From: a virus
Lineage: Duplodnaviria; Caudoviricetes
IMG/VR virus record: IMGVR_UViG_3300025838_000056
Location: 1 to 46,632 of that record
Strand: one strand, 5' to 3'
Length of the DNA stretch: 46,632 nt
Below, in pieces: positions 19,501 through 27,718 of this stretch (position 1 is the first letter of the stretch; the number at the start of each line of letters is the position of its first letter). Both the position numbers and the translations under genes were made by a program. The notes beneath the pieces were generated by a model. The model worked only from the letters and a program-made list of their open reading frames with translations, was not told the origin of the DNA and did not search any database.

Positions 19501-21732
19501 ATTTCTACAGATCCAAATGCGGGAGCCCCATCAGATCAAGGAGCAGCGTTAAGTGGTGATGGGTCGCAAATGGTAGCCTCGACGTCCACCGTTCAAGTTC
19601 CGGTACAGGTTCAAGTGCCCAAAACGATAACTGTTCCGGGGCAAATGAAAACGTTTACGGGGCCGGATGGTAATAGCATTAGCTATCAAGAGCCTGCGAC
19701 AACCAAAACCGTCATGACGACACAGACGCAAATGCAGTCGAAGGACGTAACGACGCAAGTTCCGGCGTGGCAAAAAGAAGGATTTCAATCGCAGGCGGAT
19801 TATCAAGCAGCGGTGGATAATGGCAACACCAGCGCCAGCCAGTATTATGCTTCCCCTGAATATGCGCAGGCACAGCAAGAGCAGTTAAATGCGCAGGCAC
19901 AAAGTGAGGGGTTTTCTAGCTATGCAGAAAAGCAAGCGGCAAACGGCCAAAGCCCGGCAGATTATTACGCGCAACAAAATGGTTACGCTAATGCGGCAGC
20001 GGAAAATGCAGCCATAGAGTCAGTCCAAGAAGCAGATAGTGGTGAATATGGAGGTAGTGGGCGAGACATAGGCAATCGTGGCGGTCGCATGACTAAGAAT
20101 AAGCTACAGAAGAAAGCTTTAAAAATATCTGATGAGTTAACTCGCAGCGAAAAAGGCGGCGGCGGCCCTACAATTAGTCCTTACGGATTTGTTACCCCTG
20201 ACAGGTCAAAAAAGAACCCTATTCTAGAGCATAACCGTCTACACCCTAAGTCTTACGAACAGCAAAAAGCAGAAGCTGAAGAGTTGGCAAAACGTAAGCC
20301 GGTAGATCAGTGGTATGAACCGTGGTCTGAAAAAGAAGACCGTGGAATGGCCATATATCCTGAAGATTATCAAAAAGGTAATTTAGGACTAGGCCGATAT
20401 GCTATGAAAAAAGGCGGAACGATAGAGGATGCATGTGGAGGGGCATACAGCGGCCCCGCAAACACAGGAACAACAATTTCAGGAACGTTGACAGGTGTTA
20501 GCGGACAAGGGGCAGGGCAATCATATTCTTGGAAAAGAGGCGGTCGAGTTAATGACAAAACCGATACCCTAAAAAAACCCAATCTAGGAAGGACTGATAC
20601 AATGCATGATGATATTAAACACGCTCTTCGCCTAGCATTGGGACGTAAACACTATGCAAATGGCGGATCTGGAACTTGTAACGCGTCTAGTTCAAATAGC
20701 TTTACGCCTTTCCTAGATAACTTGTATCAGCAAGATTTAGGAAGAGCCGCTGACCAAGGCGGTGAGGAATACTGGGCTAACCAAATGGCTAACGGCATGT
20801 CGCCGGAGCAAGTCGCTGCTTCATTTTATAATAGCCAAGAAGCGCAAAACCGTAGACAAAATAATCCACAAATGCCGACACAGACACTAGGGTTGGGACA
20901 AGCTGCTTATAATAATCTCCCGCCATCTATGCAGGCACAAGCACAATCTTGTCAGCCTAATCCAGCACAACCTGCAATGCAATTAATGGGAGGGGGCTGT
21001 TCTACACCACAAGGGTTCTATGGGAATCGTGGTATGGATGGTAACAGAAATAATAATTTTATTAATAATCTGTATCAACAAGACCTTGGGCGTGCTCCTG
21101 ATCAATCAGGAGGTCAATATTGGCTTCAACAGATTCAAAGCGGTGCCATGACGCCACAGCAAGTTGCACAAAACTTTGCAAATTCATCCGAAGCTAAGTC
21201 ATATCAACAAGCAAACCCTAATAATCAACAATTCCAATTCCCATCTGGGCGTAACAATTTCGGAGGTTATGGTAATGGAACCAAGGGTGGGTATTCCATG
21301 CCGTCTCAACCAGTAGGCGGCGTTGGACAGCCTCCTAATATTGATCCTGCGTTATTACAGCAAATGCGCGGTCAGATGCAGGGTGCTCTAGGTCAAAATC
21401 AGGGAAGCAACGGCACAAAAAGCGGGTATGGTATGCCGCAGCAACCATACACTGGCCAAGGCAACGGCCTGAAAAACGGTTATAATCCTTCTCAGCCAAC
21501 TAATGTTCCGGCTATGGGTACAGGTCAGCCTATCGGCGGTGGAGGAGCTACCCCACAGGGATACGCTCAAGCAAACAATATTCCTTACCCACAACCTAAC
21601 GCACAAACAACCCCATTGAATGCACCTGCCGCTTTAGGATTTGCTCGAGGTGGTAAGGTAAAACAACGCAAGCATAAAAACGCGAAATCTAAGGCTCTTA
21701 GTGTTGTAAATAAATTTACAGGAAGAGAGTAA
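16567..21732 (+). CDS. large putative internal virion/ejection protein with DUF4214-like repeats and a lysozyme-like domain
   Basis: ATGA-coupled start 16567; four 'LY..DLGRA.D..G..YW...L..G.....QVA..F..S.E' repeats; 'ESGGNY...SAIGAYQF...KFTPALQEKLA' muramidase motif. Confidence 0.75.
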   Translation: MTMSDLIKKALKVSSGNIPSVKGIAGIPHIHGYRGSKKISVLDYPNPNTKLRQHFAAGGNPTCVVTCDPNNQTSGPSGVNAVTINPIGGLTNPTDLTKGTGIAIPTTANPNNYGQFVNSLYKADFNRAADTGGSNYWAQQLQSGAATPQQVAQAFAASQESQSMKSAGETPSTFINPTDFSKLDLASMGITDPTMAGISNLGPSPVTPADTTGAGTSDTTPATDGSLTTTGNPLSPSDYQNFLTSLYQQDLGRAADVGGQQYWLNQLQTGALTPDQVAANFASSSEAGNYDTTSINNMITNLTGGQLGSADTQALVNQIQSGNMSLSDVASYLGQTAQGAQGYWNSYNGVNLDTSAPTNTVGPNDFASGTNVSGNVSNASIIDPSITALPASVKSNIADMGNLGFSPSAISSLLSGQGYNIPANAIQSSMFGLISSPATPAASTGSSSSEGTPSTGGSLSTTGTPISTGTYTNPTTNVSTGVPNASMIDASIQSLPSNAQQAIVDMSSYGYSPSTISTVLSSQGYNIPANAIQSSLYGLVTQSGNNLITANDFAGNIAYQKGLGQTTSGIPTDPASQNIVPLSQPTTMVDEPTTPNVIPNVMQPQQTLPAINISGKPAAIVDQPASPSGIPNVMQPETPAPAPSLIDQISAGIKNITQPVTNTIQNTGQQVVDAIQGNGQAAPSSADYGYQGFMDTLNSGLKSAGNNIGAKIDAVQNAIQVPLTAAQQAALGLIATNESGGNYNVILGDPTTPNGAAQGDIAKSVGYTGNLENMTLSQINAMQTKMLKSPANNKNSSAIGAYQFTQQNLFGSKGKPGQLAQLGITPDMYDSIKFTPALQEKLAANTAIEKRGMNLSNPSSWGKGAKQEWTSVGKSLAAPGAIQKVRAAGSGPSQTVGGQPAQAYKPIVPVNAPIVPSTVTNDPNAAADALKNINTTAGNQIIQQTQGSTAQTGLPTSNVSGSDAQGTLESLPSVNSGSISTDPNAGAPSDQGAALSGDGSQMVASTSTVQVPVQVQVPKTITVPGQMKTFTGPDGNSISYQEPATTKTVMTTQTQMQSKDVTTQVPAWQKEGFQSQADYQAAVDNGNTSASQYYASPEYAQAQQEQLNAQAQSEGFSSYAEKQAANGQSPADYYAQQNGYANAAAENAAIESVQEADSGEYGGSGRDIGNRGGRMTKNKLQKKALKISDELTRSEKGGGGPTISPYGFVTPDRSKKNPILEHNRLHPKSYEQQKAEAEELAKRKPVDQWYEPWSEKEDRGMAIYPEDYQKGNLGLGRYAMKKGGTIEDACGGAYSGPANTGTTISGTLTGVSGQGAGQSYSWKRGGRVNDKTDTLKKPNLGRTDTMHDDIKHALRLALGRKHYANGGSGTCNASSSNSFTPFLDNLYQQDLGRAADQGGEEYWANQMANGMSPEQVAASFYNSQEAQNRRQNNPQMPTQTLGLGQAAYNNLPPSMQAQAQSCQPNPAQPAMQLMGGGCSTPQGFYGNRGMDGNRNNNFINNLYQQDLGRAPDQSGGQYWLQQIQSGAMTPQQVAQNFANSSEAKSYQQANPNNQQFQFPSGRNNFGGYGNGTKGGYSMPSQPVGGVGQPPNIDPALLQQMRGQMQGALGQNQGSNGTKSGYGMPQQPYTGQGNGLKNGYNPSQPTNVPAMGTGQPIGGGGATPQGYAQANNIPYPQPNAQTTPLNAPAALGFARGGKVKQRKHKNAKSKALSVVNKFTGRE

Positions 21733-21735
21733 CAG

Positions 21736-22260
21736 ATGAGTTTTTACACAGATGTTATTAAGAAAGACCCGCGTTTTTCTTCCGTAAATATTTGTAGGGA
21801 TATGGCTCTTCTTGAGCCATCCTTCCGCGCTAAGGTTCAGTCATTAGTGGCGCAAGCATCTAAAGATGGGCATGACATTAGAATTGCGGAAACATTCAGG
21901 TCTCAAGCTAGACAGGCTCATTTGTTCGAGCAAGGATACACTCAACTTAAGAATGTTGGCGTTCATAATTACGGACTAGCTTGCGACTTTAATTTGTTTA
22001 TAGATGGCGTTTATCAGTCTGACGGAGCCAAATATAAATTCCTGCACGATTACGAAAAGAAATTTAGAATAATTAGTGGTCAGTTGTGGGGAACGCCGTG
22101 GCAGAAGCACACGTTTACAGATTGGGACCACATACAGGGCATACCTGTATTTCGGCAAGGCTCTCTCTTTAATGGTTCTTGGTATCCTGATAATAACTAT
22201 GACCCAATAGCTGACACGATAACGCATTATGGATCTGTGGCTACAAAATATTATGGGTGA
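21736..22260 (+). CDS. M15-family peptidoglycan peptidase (endolysin)
   Basis: 'ETFRSQARQ', 'HNYGLACD', 'DWDHIQ' Zn-binding motifs. Confidence 0.85.
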   Translation: MSFYTDVIKKDPRFSSVNICRDMALLEPSFRAKVQSLVAQASKDGHDIRIAETFRSQARQAHLFEQGYTQLKNVGVHNYGLACDFNLFIDGVYQSDGAKYKFLHDYEKKFRIISGQLWGTPWQKHTFTDWDHIQGIPVFRQGSLFNGSWYPDNNYDPIADTITHYGSVATKYYG

Positions 22261-22264
22261 CAAT

Positions 22265-22492
22265 ATGAAATATAATATTAATCGTCACTTAAATATTATA
22301 CGCAGGAATAAGAAAACAACTTTCGTTGGACTTGCTGTATTAGCAGGAACCGGAATTAAATGGGGGCTAGGAGCTCCTAGTCCATCAGATATCCCAACGG
22401 TTGCCTCTTCTTTAGTAGAAGTATTGATTGGTCTAGGTTTATTACTTGCTAAAGATTATGATGTGCAGGGAGTTCCACATGACGAACAATAA
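22265..22492 (+). CDS. putative holin
   Basis: Two hydrophobic segments, 'KKTT..G' start, '..GLGLLLAKD' end; between two endolysins. Confidence 0.65.
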   Translation: MKYNINRHLNIIRRNKKTTFVGLAVLAGTGIKWGLGAPSPSDIPTVASSLVEVLIGLGLLLAKDYDVQGVPHDEQ

Positions 22493-22958
22493 TCTGCACA
22501 TTAGTGACAAAGGATTAAATTTAATTAAAAAGTCAGAGGGTTGTTCTTTAGAGTCATATATTGATACACACGATTCTCATGGAGCCCCACTATGGGCTAT
22601 TGGATATGGTCATACAAATAAAGCCGGACCTCCTAATGTTACGGCTGGTATGGTTATTACACAGGATCAAGCAGATCAAATATTAAAGCAAGATTTAATT
22701 CCATATGAAAATTCAATTAGAAATTTAATAACTGTTCCATTAAACCAAAATCAATGGGACGCATTGTGTTCTTTTACTTTTAATGCTGGAGCGGGTAATT
22801 TAAAAAAACTTGTATTGGCTAGCCAGCTAAATGACGGGGATTACTTGGGTGTGGCTCCGGCTATGATGAATTTTAATACCTCCCAAGGCAAGGTTCTTCT
22901 TGGTCTCACAAGACGTCGCAAAGCTGAAGGCGACTTGTTCAACACACCCGTATCGTAG
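22479..22958 (+). CDS. lysozyme, glycoside hydrolase family 24 (endolysin)
   Basis: 'GLNLIKKSEG', 'IGYGHT', 'LNQNQWDALCSFTFNAG', 'GLTRRRKAE'. Confidence 0.93.
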   Translation: MTNNNLHISDKGLNLIKKSEGCSLESYIDTHDSHGAPLWAIGYGHTNKAGPPNVTAGMVITQDQADQILKQDLIPYENSIRNLITVPLNQNQWDALCSFTFNAGAGNLKKLVLASQLNDGDYLGVAPAMMNFNTSQGKVLLGLTRRRKAEGDLFNTPVS

Positions 22959-22967
22959 GGCATTAAA

Positions 22968-24890
22968 ATGAACGAAGATATTAAATACGCTCTGCGTATC
23001 GCTAACCGCTTACCTTCTCGTCGTCGTTTTGCGACTGATGGCGGCGTTGATATTGGAGCTCCTTCACATGAAGAAGAGAAAGCCAGAAATAGATTTTTGA
23101 GGGAAGAACTAAAGGGCTCCGCTCCACAGTATGACCCTTCAGCCGGAATGATGACGGGAAAACAAGCCGCTCTGTTTGGAGCCGGACTATTACCAGGTTC
23201 CGGTATTGCTTCTGCGGCGGGTAAATTTCCTACTGCGGAAGGAGGATTTGAGCCTTCGTTAGCAGAAGATTTAAGAAATAAAGAATACTTATCAGCCGGA
23301 CTCAAAGGTCTTGGAGCTGCTGGTGACGTAGCGTCTGCTGTTCCCGTAGTAGGGACAGCACTTGGTTCTGCATTGAAACTACCGCTAGCCACTAAGATGG
23401 CTATGGCGATGGTTCCAAAAGCAAGCGGAGCGGTAAAGGAAGCTGTAGAACTAGCAAAATCTCGTCCGGCTAAGGCAGCAAAACCGTCTTCAGTAGCGCA
23501 ACCAGTAGTAAAATCAGCGCCACCTTTTGTATTGTCATCCACAATACAACCAGGTCAGGCTAAATCTCTAGCAAACGACACGCGTGTTTCTACAAGGTTC
23601 CCATTGGGTGTTTCTAAGGTTGGGGACGCCCTTAGAGATGATCTACAGATTGGCTCAGAGCATATGTCGTTGAGCCCAGAGGTTTTTGCTCACAACATGA
23701 GCCTTGTTTCAGAATACCCAGGGCTTTCTCATACTAAAGGCATGAGTCCTAAAGAAGCGCGTGAAGCGTTCTTACAGCACGGCACGAAGAACCTTGTATA
23801 CTTATACAATAATTCCCCTAAAGCCATACAGCAAAGGTCTCGGCTTTGGTATGAAGGTGCCAATAGAATATCTGACGAACTTGCAAAAAGATATGGTATT
23901 CCTAGACAGTCTATGTCCGCATCCATAGCAGCTCTTTCTCCTCAGAAAGACTGGAATATGAATGCTTCTTTGGCTGAACGGACGGCGGATATATTATTTG
24001 GCGATCAGGCTCACAAGCCTATGACGCGTCAAATGATAAAATACGCACAACGCCCAAGCACCAAACAAGACCCTAATTTTATTTTGGACAACCCAGCCAA
24101 CTTTGATCTTTATAGACAAATGAAGGGTGCGTCTTTGCATGACCTTCATGGCAATCCTGAAGCTCAGGCAATGTGGGTTAGATTATATGATGAGGCCCAT
24201 AATCCTAAAGCATTTAGGGCAATTACTCCTGAAGGAGAATATGGCGACTTCATGCGAAATGCCAACGGCAAAACTAGGAATGTCGCTTGGTCAAGCTTGG
24301 ATATGATTGAAAAGGCTATAAGATCGCTACAGTCAGGTGGTCATATGGATACCATATCTCCATTATTAGGAGATAAGCATAAGGTCAGAAGCTTCTTTAA
24401 TAATATAGAGTTGCCAAACGATCCACGTGGTGATTTTACTGGGGACACTCACCAAGTAGGCGCTACGCTATTACTACCAGTATCCCAAAAAAGTCCTTCA
24501 GTTTCTCATAATTTCGGTGTAGGTTTGTCTAAGAAAGACCAGCCTGAAGGCTACCGTGCCGCTAAAAATATTAAGCTTCACGGCGTTCACGGGACCTACG
24601 GGCTTTATGCAGATGCTGGAAGAAGAGCAGCCGCAGAATTGGGTATGCTTCCTAGAGAAGTTCAGTCTTCTACATGGGAACCAGTAAGAGAATTGTTTAA
24701 ACCTGAATATAAAAGAAGCGCGGATGCGGACTTAATAGAAAAAATATGGAGAGCTAAAGATGCAGGACAGATCACAGACGACCAAGCACGAGACGCAATC
24801 TTCCAATCCGCTGGCGGAATTGGAACACCTGAGTGGGCGAAGCTCAACTTTACGCCGATTGATCCGCGTCGGGGGTCCACTTACCGCTAA
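22968..24890 (+). CDS. GG-leader protein with C-terminal HhH DNA-glycosylase-like domain (DUF7178-like)
   Basis: 'WY...IAALSPQKDW..N', 'HKVRSFFNNI', 'TGDTH', 'Y...A..A...G..P...Q...W'; family recalled, unverified. Confidence 0.6.
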   Translation: MNEDIKYALRIANRLPSRRRFATDGGVDIGAPSHEEEKARNRFLREELKGSAPQYDPSAGMMTGKQAALFGAGLLPGSGIASAAGKFPTAEGGFEPSLAEDLRNKEYLSAGLKGLGAAGDVASAVPVVGTALGSALKLPLATKMAMAMVPKASGAVKEAVELAKSRPAKAAKPSSVAQPVVKSAPPFVLSSTIQPGQAKSLANDTRVSTRFPLGVSKVGDALRDDLQIGSEHMSLSPEVFAHNMSLVSEYPGLSHTKGMSPKEAREAFLQHGTKNLVYLYNNSPKAIQQRSRLWYEGANRISDELAKRYGIPRQSMSASIAALSPQKDWNMNASLAERTADILFGDQAHKPMTRQMIKYAQRPSTKQDPNFILDNPANFDLYRQMKGASLHDLHGNPEAQAMWVRLYDEAHNPKAFRAITPEGEYGDFMRNANGKTRNVAWSSLDMIEKAIRSLQSGGHMDTISPLLGDKHKVRSFFNNIELPNDPRGDFTGDTHQVGATLLLPVSQKSPSVSHNFGVGLSKKDQPEGYRAAKNIKLHGVHGTYGLYADAGRRAAAELGMLPREVQSSTWEPVRELFKPEYKRSADADLIEKIWRAKDAGQITDDQARDAIFQSAGGIGTPEWAKLNFTPIDPRRGSTYR

Positions 24891-25014
24891 GGCTTATATT
24901 GAATCAAATTGGGTGTCCAAATCTGATATTCCTGAAGAATTTGATCCAGAGGATCAGGAAATAATCAACGCATTAGATGATTTGCAAGAGATGATTAAGA
25001 CTAAACGTAAATAA
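24760..25014 (+). CDS. small acidic protein overlapping the 3' end of the glycosylase-like gene
   Basis: GGAG shortly before ATG 24760; 'PLTAKAYIESNW...PEEFDPED'. Confidence 0.55.
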   Translation: MQDRSQTTKHETQSSNPLAELEHLSGRSSTLRRLIRVGGPLTAKAYIESNWVSKSDIPEEFDPEDQEIINALDDLQEMIKTKRK

Positions 25015-25082
25015 TAAGATTATTTAAATAAAACGTTAATAATATAGTAGTATTATTACGTCTCTCATATCATGGAGATAAC

Positions 25083-25835
25083 ATGACTATATATAAATAC
25101 GGTTGGAAGCGACAGTCGCTTGACCACCGAGATATTAAATATAACGCATCTCCTGTAGACCCCCAAAACCCTATTGATCTACGCCCCCATATGCCACCTG
25201 TTTACGATCAGGGACAAACGTCTAGTTGTGTCGCTAACGCGACCGCTGGTGCTTTCCAATATTCACGCATGGCGCAAAGTCTAGAAAACTGGACGCCTAG
25301 CCGCTTGTTTATTTACTGGAATGCGCGTAGCTATGAAAACGGTACGGATACGGACGGTGGGTCTGAATGCCGTGATGGCGTAAAGGGTGTGGCACAATTT
25401 GGTGTTTGCCCAGAAGTTGAGTGGCCATTTGATCCGTCTTCTGTTGTTGCAAAGCCTAATCCTGAAGCGTATCAAACAGCGTTACACGCGAAGGCCACTC
25501 AATACGCCGCCGTTAATCAGAGCCTTGAGCATATCTTATCGTGCTTAAACCATAAGTTGCCCGTAATATTTGGGACTAACGTATTCCAAGCATTCGAAGG
25601 CCCTGAAGTCTCCTCAAACGGCATTGTTCCTATGCCGTCTCCGACTGAGAGAGCCATAGGCGGACACGCTATACTGATTGTTGGGTGGAAACCTGACACT
25701 CAGGAGTTTATTGTCAGGAATAGTTGGGGAGAAGGATGGGGAGATAACGGTTACTGCTACTTCCCAAGAGATTACATTCTTAACCCAAATTTATCATCCG
25801 ATTTCTGGGTGATTTACTTAACATCAAGGGACTAA
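25083..25835 (+). CDS. papain-like cysteine peptidase (C1 family)
   Basis: 'DQGQTSSC' (Gln/Cys), 'GGHAILIVGW' (His), 'RNSWG' (Asn); no signal peptide. Confidence 0.93.
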   Translation: MTIYKYGWKRQSLDHRDIKYNASPVDPQNPIDLRPHMPPVYDQGQTSSCVANATAGAFQYSRMAQSLENWTPSRLFIYWNARSYENGTDTDGGSECRDGVKGVAQFGVCPEVEWPFDPSSVVAKPNPEAYQTALHAKATQYAAVNQSLEHILSCLNHKLPVIFGTNVFQAFEGPEVSSNGIVPMPSPTERAIGGHAILIVGWKPDTQEFIVRNSWGEGWGDNGYCYFPRDYILNPNLSSDFWVIYLTSRD

Positions 25836-25838
25836 ACA

Positions 25839-26150
25839 ATGAAAAAGTTATTACTTATTCCGGTTTTGGCGTTTGTCTTAACTGGGTGCAACACAACCAG
25901 CCAAGCAAACCTGACGAAAATCATCTCTCAGGTTCAAGATGCAGCTGTTGCCGCTTGTCGCTTCGAGCCAACAGTAGCCACCATCACTTCCATTGTGACG
26001 GCTAATCAGGCTGCAACTGCTATTCAGATTGCTGATTTGATTTGCGGAGCAGTAAATGGAACGACCCCCACGCCCAAAGCGGGTGCTGGTCCTATGTATG
26101 TGACCGTTAATGGGCAGAAGATTGCCGTAACGGGCAATTTTGTAAAGTAA
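25839..26150 (+). CDS. lipoprotein (possible spanin)
   Basis: 'MKKLLLIPVLAFVLTGC' signal peptide II lipobox. Confidence 0.75.
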   Translation: MKKLLLIPVLAFVLTGCNTTSQANLTKIISQVQDAAVAACRFEPTVATITSIVTANQAATAIQIADLICGAVNGTTPTPKAGAGPMYVTVNGQKIAVTGNFVK

Positions 26151-26161
26151 TAACTAACACA

Positions 26162-26193
26162 AAGAGCGGTTTCTTTTACTTGGGGCCGCTCTT
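26162..26193 (+). terminator. hairpin, probable intrinsic terminator
   Basis: AAGAGCGGTTTC...GGGGCCGCTCTT inverted repeat after the lipoprotein gene. Confidence 0.55.
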
Positions 26194-26203
26194 ACTAACA
26201 TTG

Positions 26204-26232
26204 TTGATATTTATATAATATTTTAGTATAAT
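26204..26232 (+). promoter_or_regulatory. sigma70-type promoter
   Basis: TTGATA-17 nt-TATAAT. Confidence 0.75.
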
Positions 26233-26261
26233 GATTGAGAGTTTTGTCAATTTTGACGTTT

Positions 26262-26280
26262 TCGTCCTGCGCTAGGGCGG
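26262..26280 (+). promoter_or_regulatory. GCGCU-loop RNA hairpin in 5' leader
   Basis: UCGUCCU-GCGCU-AGGGCGG; same loop as three hairpins at 30691-30833. Confidence 0.6.
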
Positions 26281-26366
26281 CTTTAACGCTTTTGGTTGGC
26301 CACCAAGGGTATAAAAATCCTAAAGAACGCTTCATTAGGTGCCTTAATCCTATAGGAATCATCGAT

Positions 26367-27584
26367 ATGGCACATGAGTATAAAGAAGAAGCCAAGGCTT
26401 CTCACGAGAAAAAGCTTAAATTGTACGGCAAGGAAGATGAAGTCGGCAAAAAAGCTAAAAACTGGGCTGGATTTGACGCTCTGAATACTAATGAGCAGCG
26501 TGGTCTTAAGCCTATTGATAAGGAGCCAGAGCTTTCCAAAGATACAGCCCCACGCATCATGCGTAAAAAGGGTGGGCGTGTCCACGGAGCAGAATCTTTA
26601 AAAAGATTAGATAAGGCTCCTCGCAAAGGTAAACAAATGGGTGGGCCTATGGGGATGCCTTCGATGGCTCCGGCTATGGCAGCTCGTCCTGTCCCCACGC
26701 CAATGCAGGCATCTGCAATCGCCAACCGTATGCAACCATCTATTGTAGCACGTAAAAAAGGCGGGAAGGTAGAAGAGCATCCAGACGAGAGAGAAGATCG
26801 TGCTCTTGTTAAAAAGATGGTTAAAGAAGATGCTCTGACGGGTAAGTCTCGCGGCGGCATGGCTCGCAAAAAATACGCTGACGGTGGATTGCCGTCTCCA
26901 GAAGAGGCTATGCGGTCAGCACAGCGTCTAAAAGAATTGCGTTCAATGCCAACCCCCAACCGCCGCTCCCCTCCTATGGGTTCTGGAGTGCCTTCTGCTG
27001 ACAGAAATGCATTAGGTAACATGCTTCGCGCTCCAACTTCTGCTGATTATCGCAAGGGAAATCTTGGCGATGGTGAGTATGCAATGAAACGCGGTGGTCG
27101 TGCAAAGCGTGCTGACGGCGGCATGTTAGGCATGGGCGAGCACGGTAAATCCAGCAAAAAGGGCGGCGGTAAAACAACCGTTAATATTATTATTGGAGCC
27201 CCAAAAGGCAGTGATGCTGGCCAACAGGGTGCATTTCCTCCTCCAATGATGGCTGGATCTCCACCCTCTATGGCACCACCTTCTGCTCCTCCTATGGGTG
27301 CTGGACCGCAGCTTCCTCCTAATCTTGCTGGTGGTCCTCCAATGGCACCTCCAATGGGTGGTGCATTACCTGCAATCGCTGCTGGTATGCCGCAAGGTGG
27401 CCCTCCGATCCCACGCAAAGACGGCGGGACAGTAAAGGCAGGAATACAAGTGCCTTATAAAAAACCAAAGCATACGTCTGAGGGTTATCTAAAGATGGAT
27501 TTTGGTGCTGGCACAGGATTTGGCCGTATGCAGAAAGGCGATGCCTACGGAGCGAAGCCGATTAAAAGTAGAGACAATTACTAA
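26367..27584 (+). CDS. basic low-complexity protein with nine GG motifs (putative internal head protein)
   Basis: ATG 26367 after AGGA; RKKGG/YADGG/MKRGG/RADGG/RKDGG; K/R/M/P-rich. Confidence 0.75.
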   Translation: MAHEYKEEAKASHEKKLKLYGKEDEVGKKAKNWAGFDALNTNEQRGLKPIDKEPELSKDTAPRIMRKKGGRVHGAESLKRLDKAPRKGKQMGGPMGMPSMAPAMAARPVPTPMQASAIANRMQPSIVARKKGGKVEEHPDEREDRALVKKMVKEDALTGKSRGGMARKKYADGGLPSPEEAMRSAQRLKELRSMPTPNRRSPPMGSGVPSADRNALGNMLRAPTSADYRKGNLGDGEYAMKRGGRAKRADGGMLGMGEHGKSSKKGGGKTTVNIIIGAPKGSDAGQQGAFPPPMMAGSPPSMAPPSAPPMGAGPQLPPNLAGGPPMAPPMGGALPAIAAGMPQGGPPIPRKDGGTVKAGIQVPYKKPKHTSEGYLKMDFGAGTGFGRMQKGDAYGAKPIKSRDNY

Positions 27585-27588
27585 AAAT

Positions 27589-27623
27589 AAAGTCCCCAGC
27601 AGTGTATCGCTACTGGGGACTTT
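27589..27623 (+). terminator. intrinsic terminator
   Basis: AAAGTCCCCAG...CTGGGGACTTT. Confidence 0.7.
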
Positions 27624-27718
27624 CACTTCCTTGCAGAAGTAACCAAACCGCTCACCCTGTTTTCTAATAATGAACTGCTTGGCGAGATGAAATTATCTCG
27701 ACAGGGGAGACGCGTCAA

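Noticed and set aside
5673-20370. Peptide MAIYPED present in both ORF 5643 and ORF 16567
   Set aside because: Only 7 aa with unrelated flanks; cannot be separated from chance
22841-27418. Long minus-strand ORFs 22841-23542, 26402-27022 and 27047-27418
   Set aside because: Antisense to better-supported low-complexity genes; no recognisable motifs
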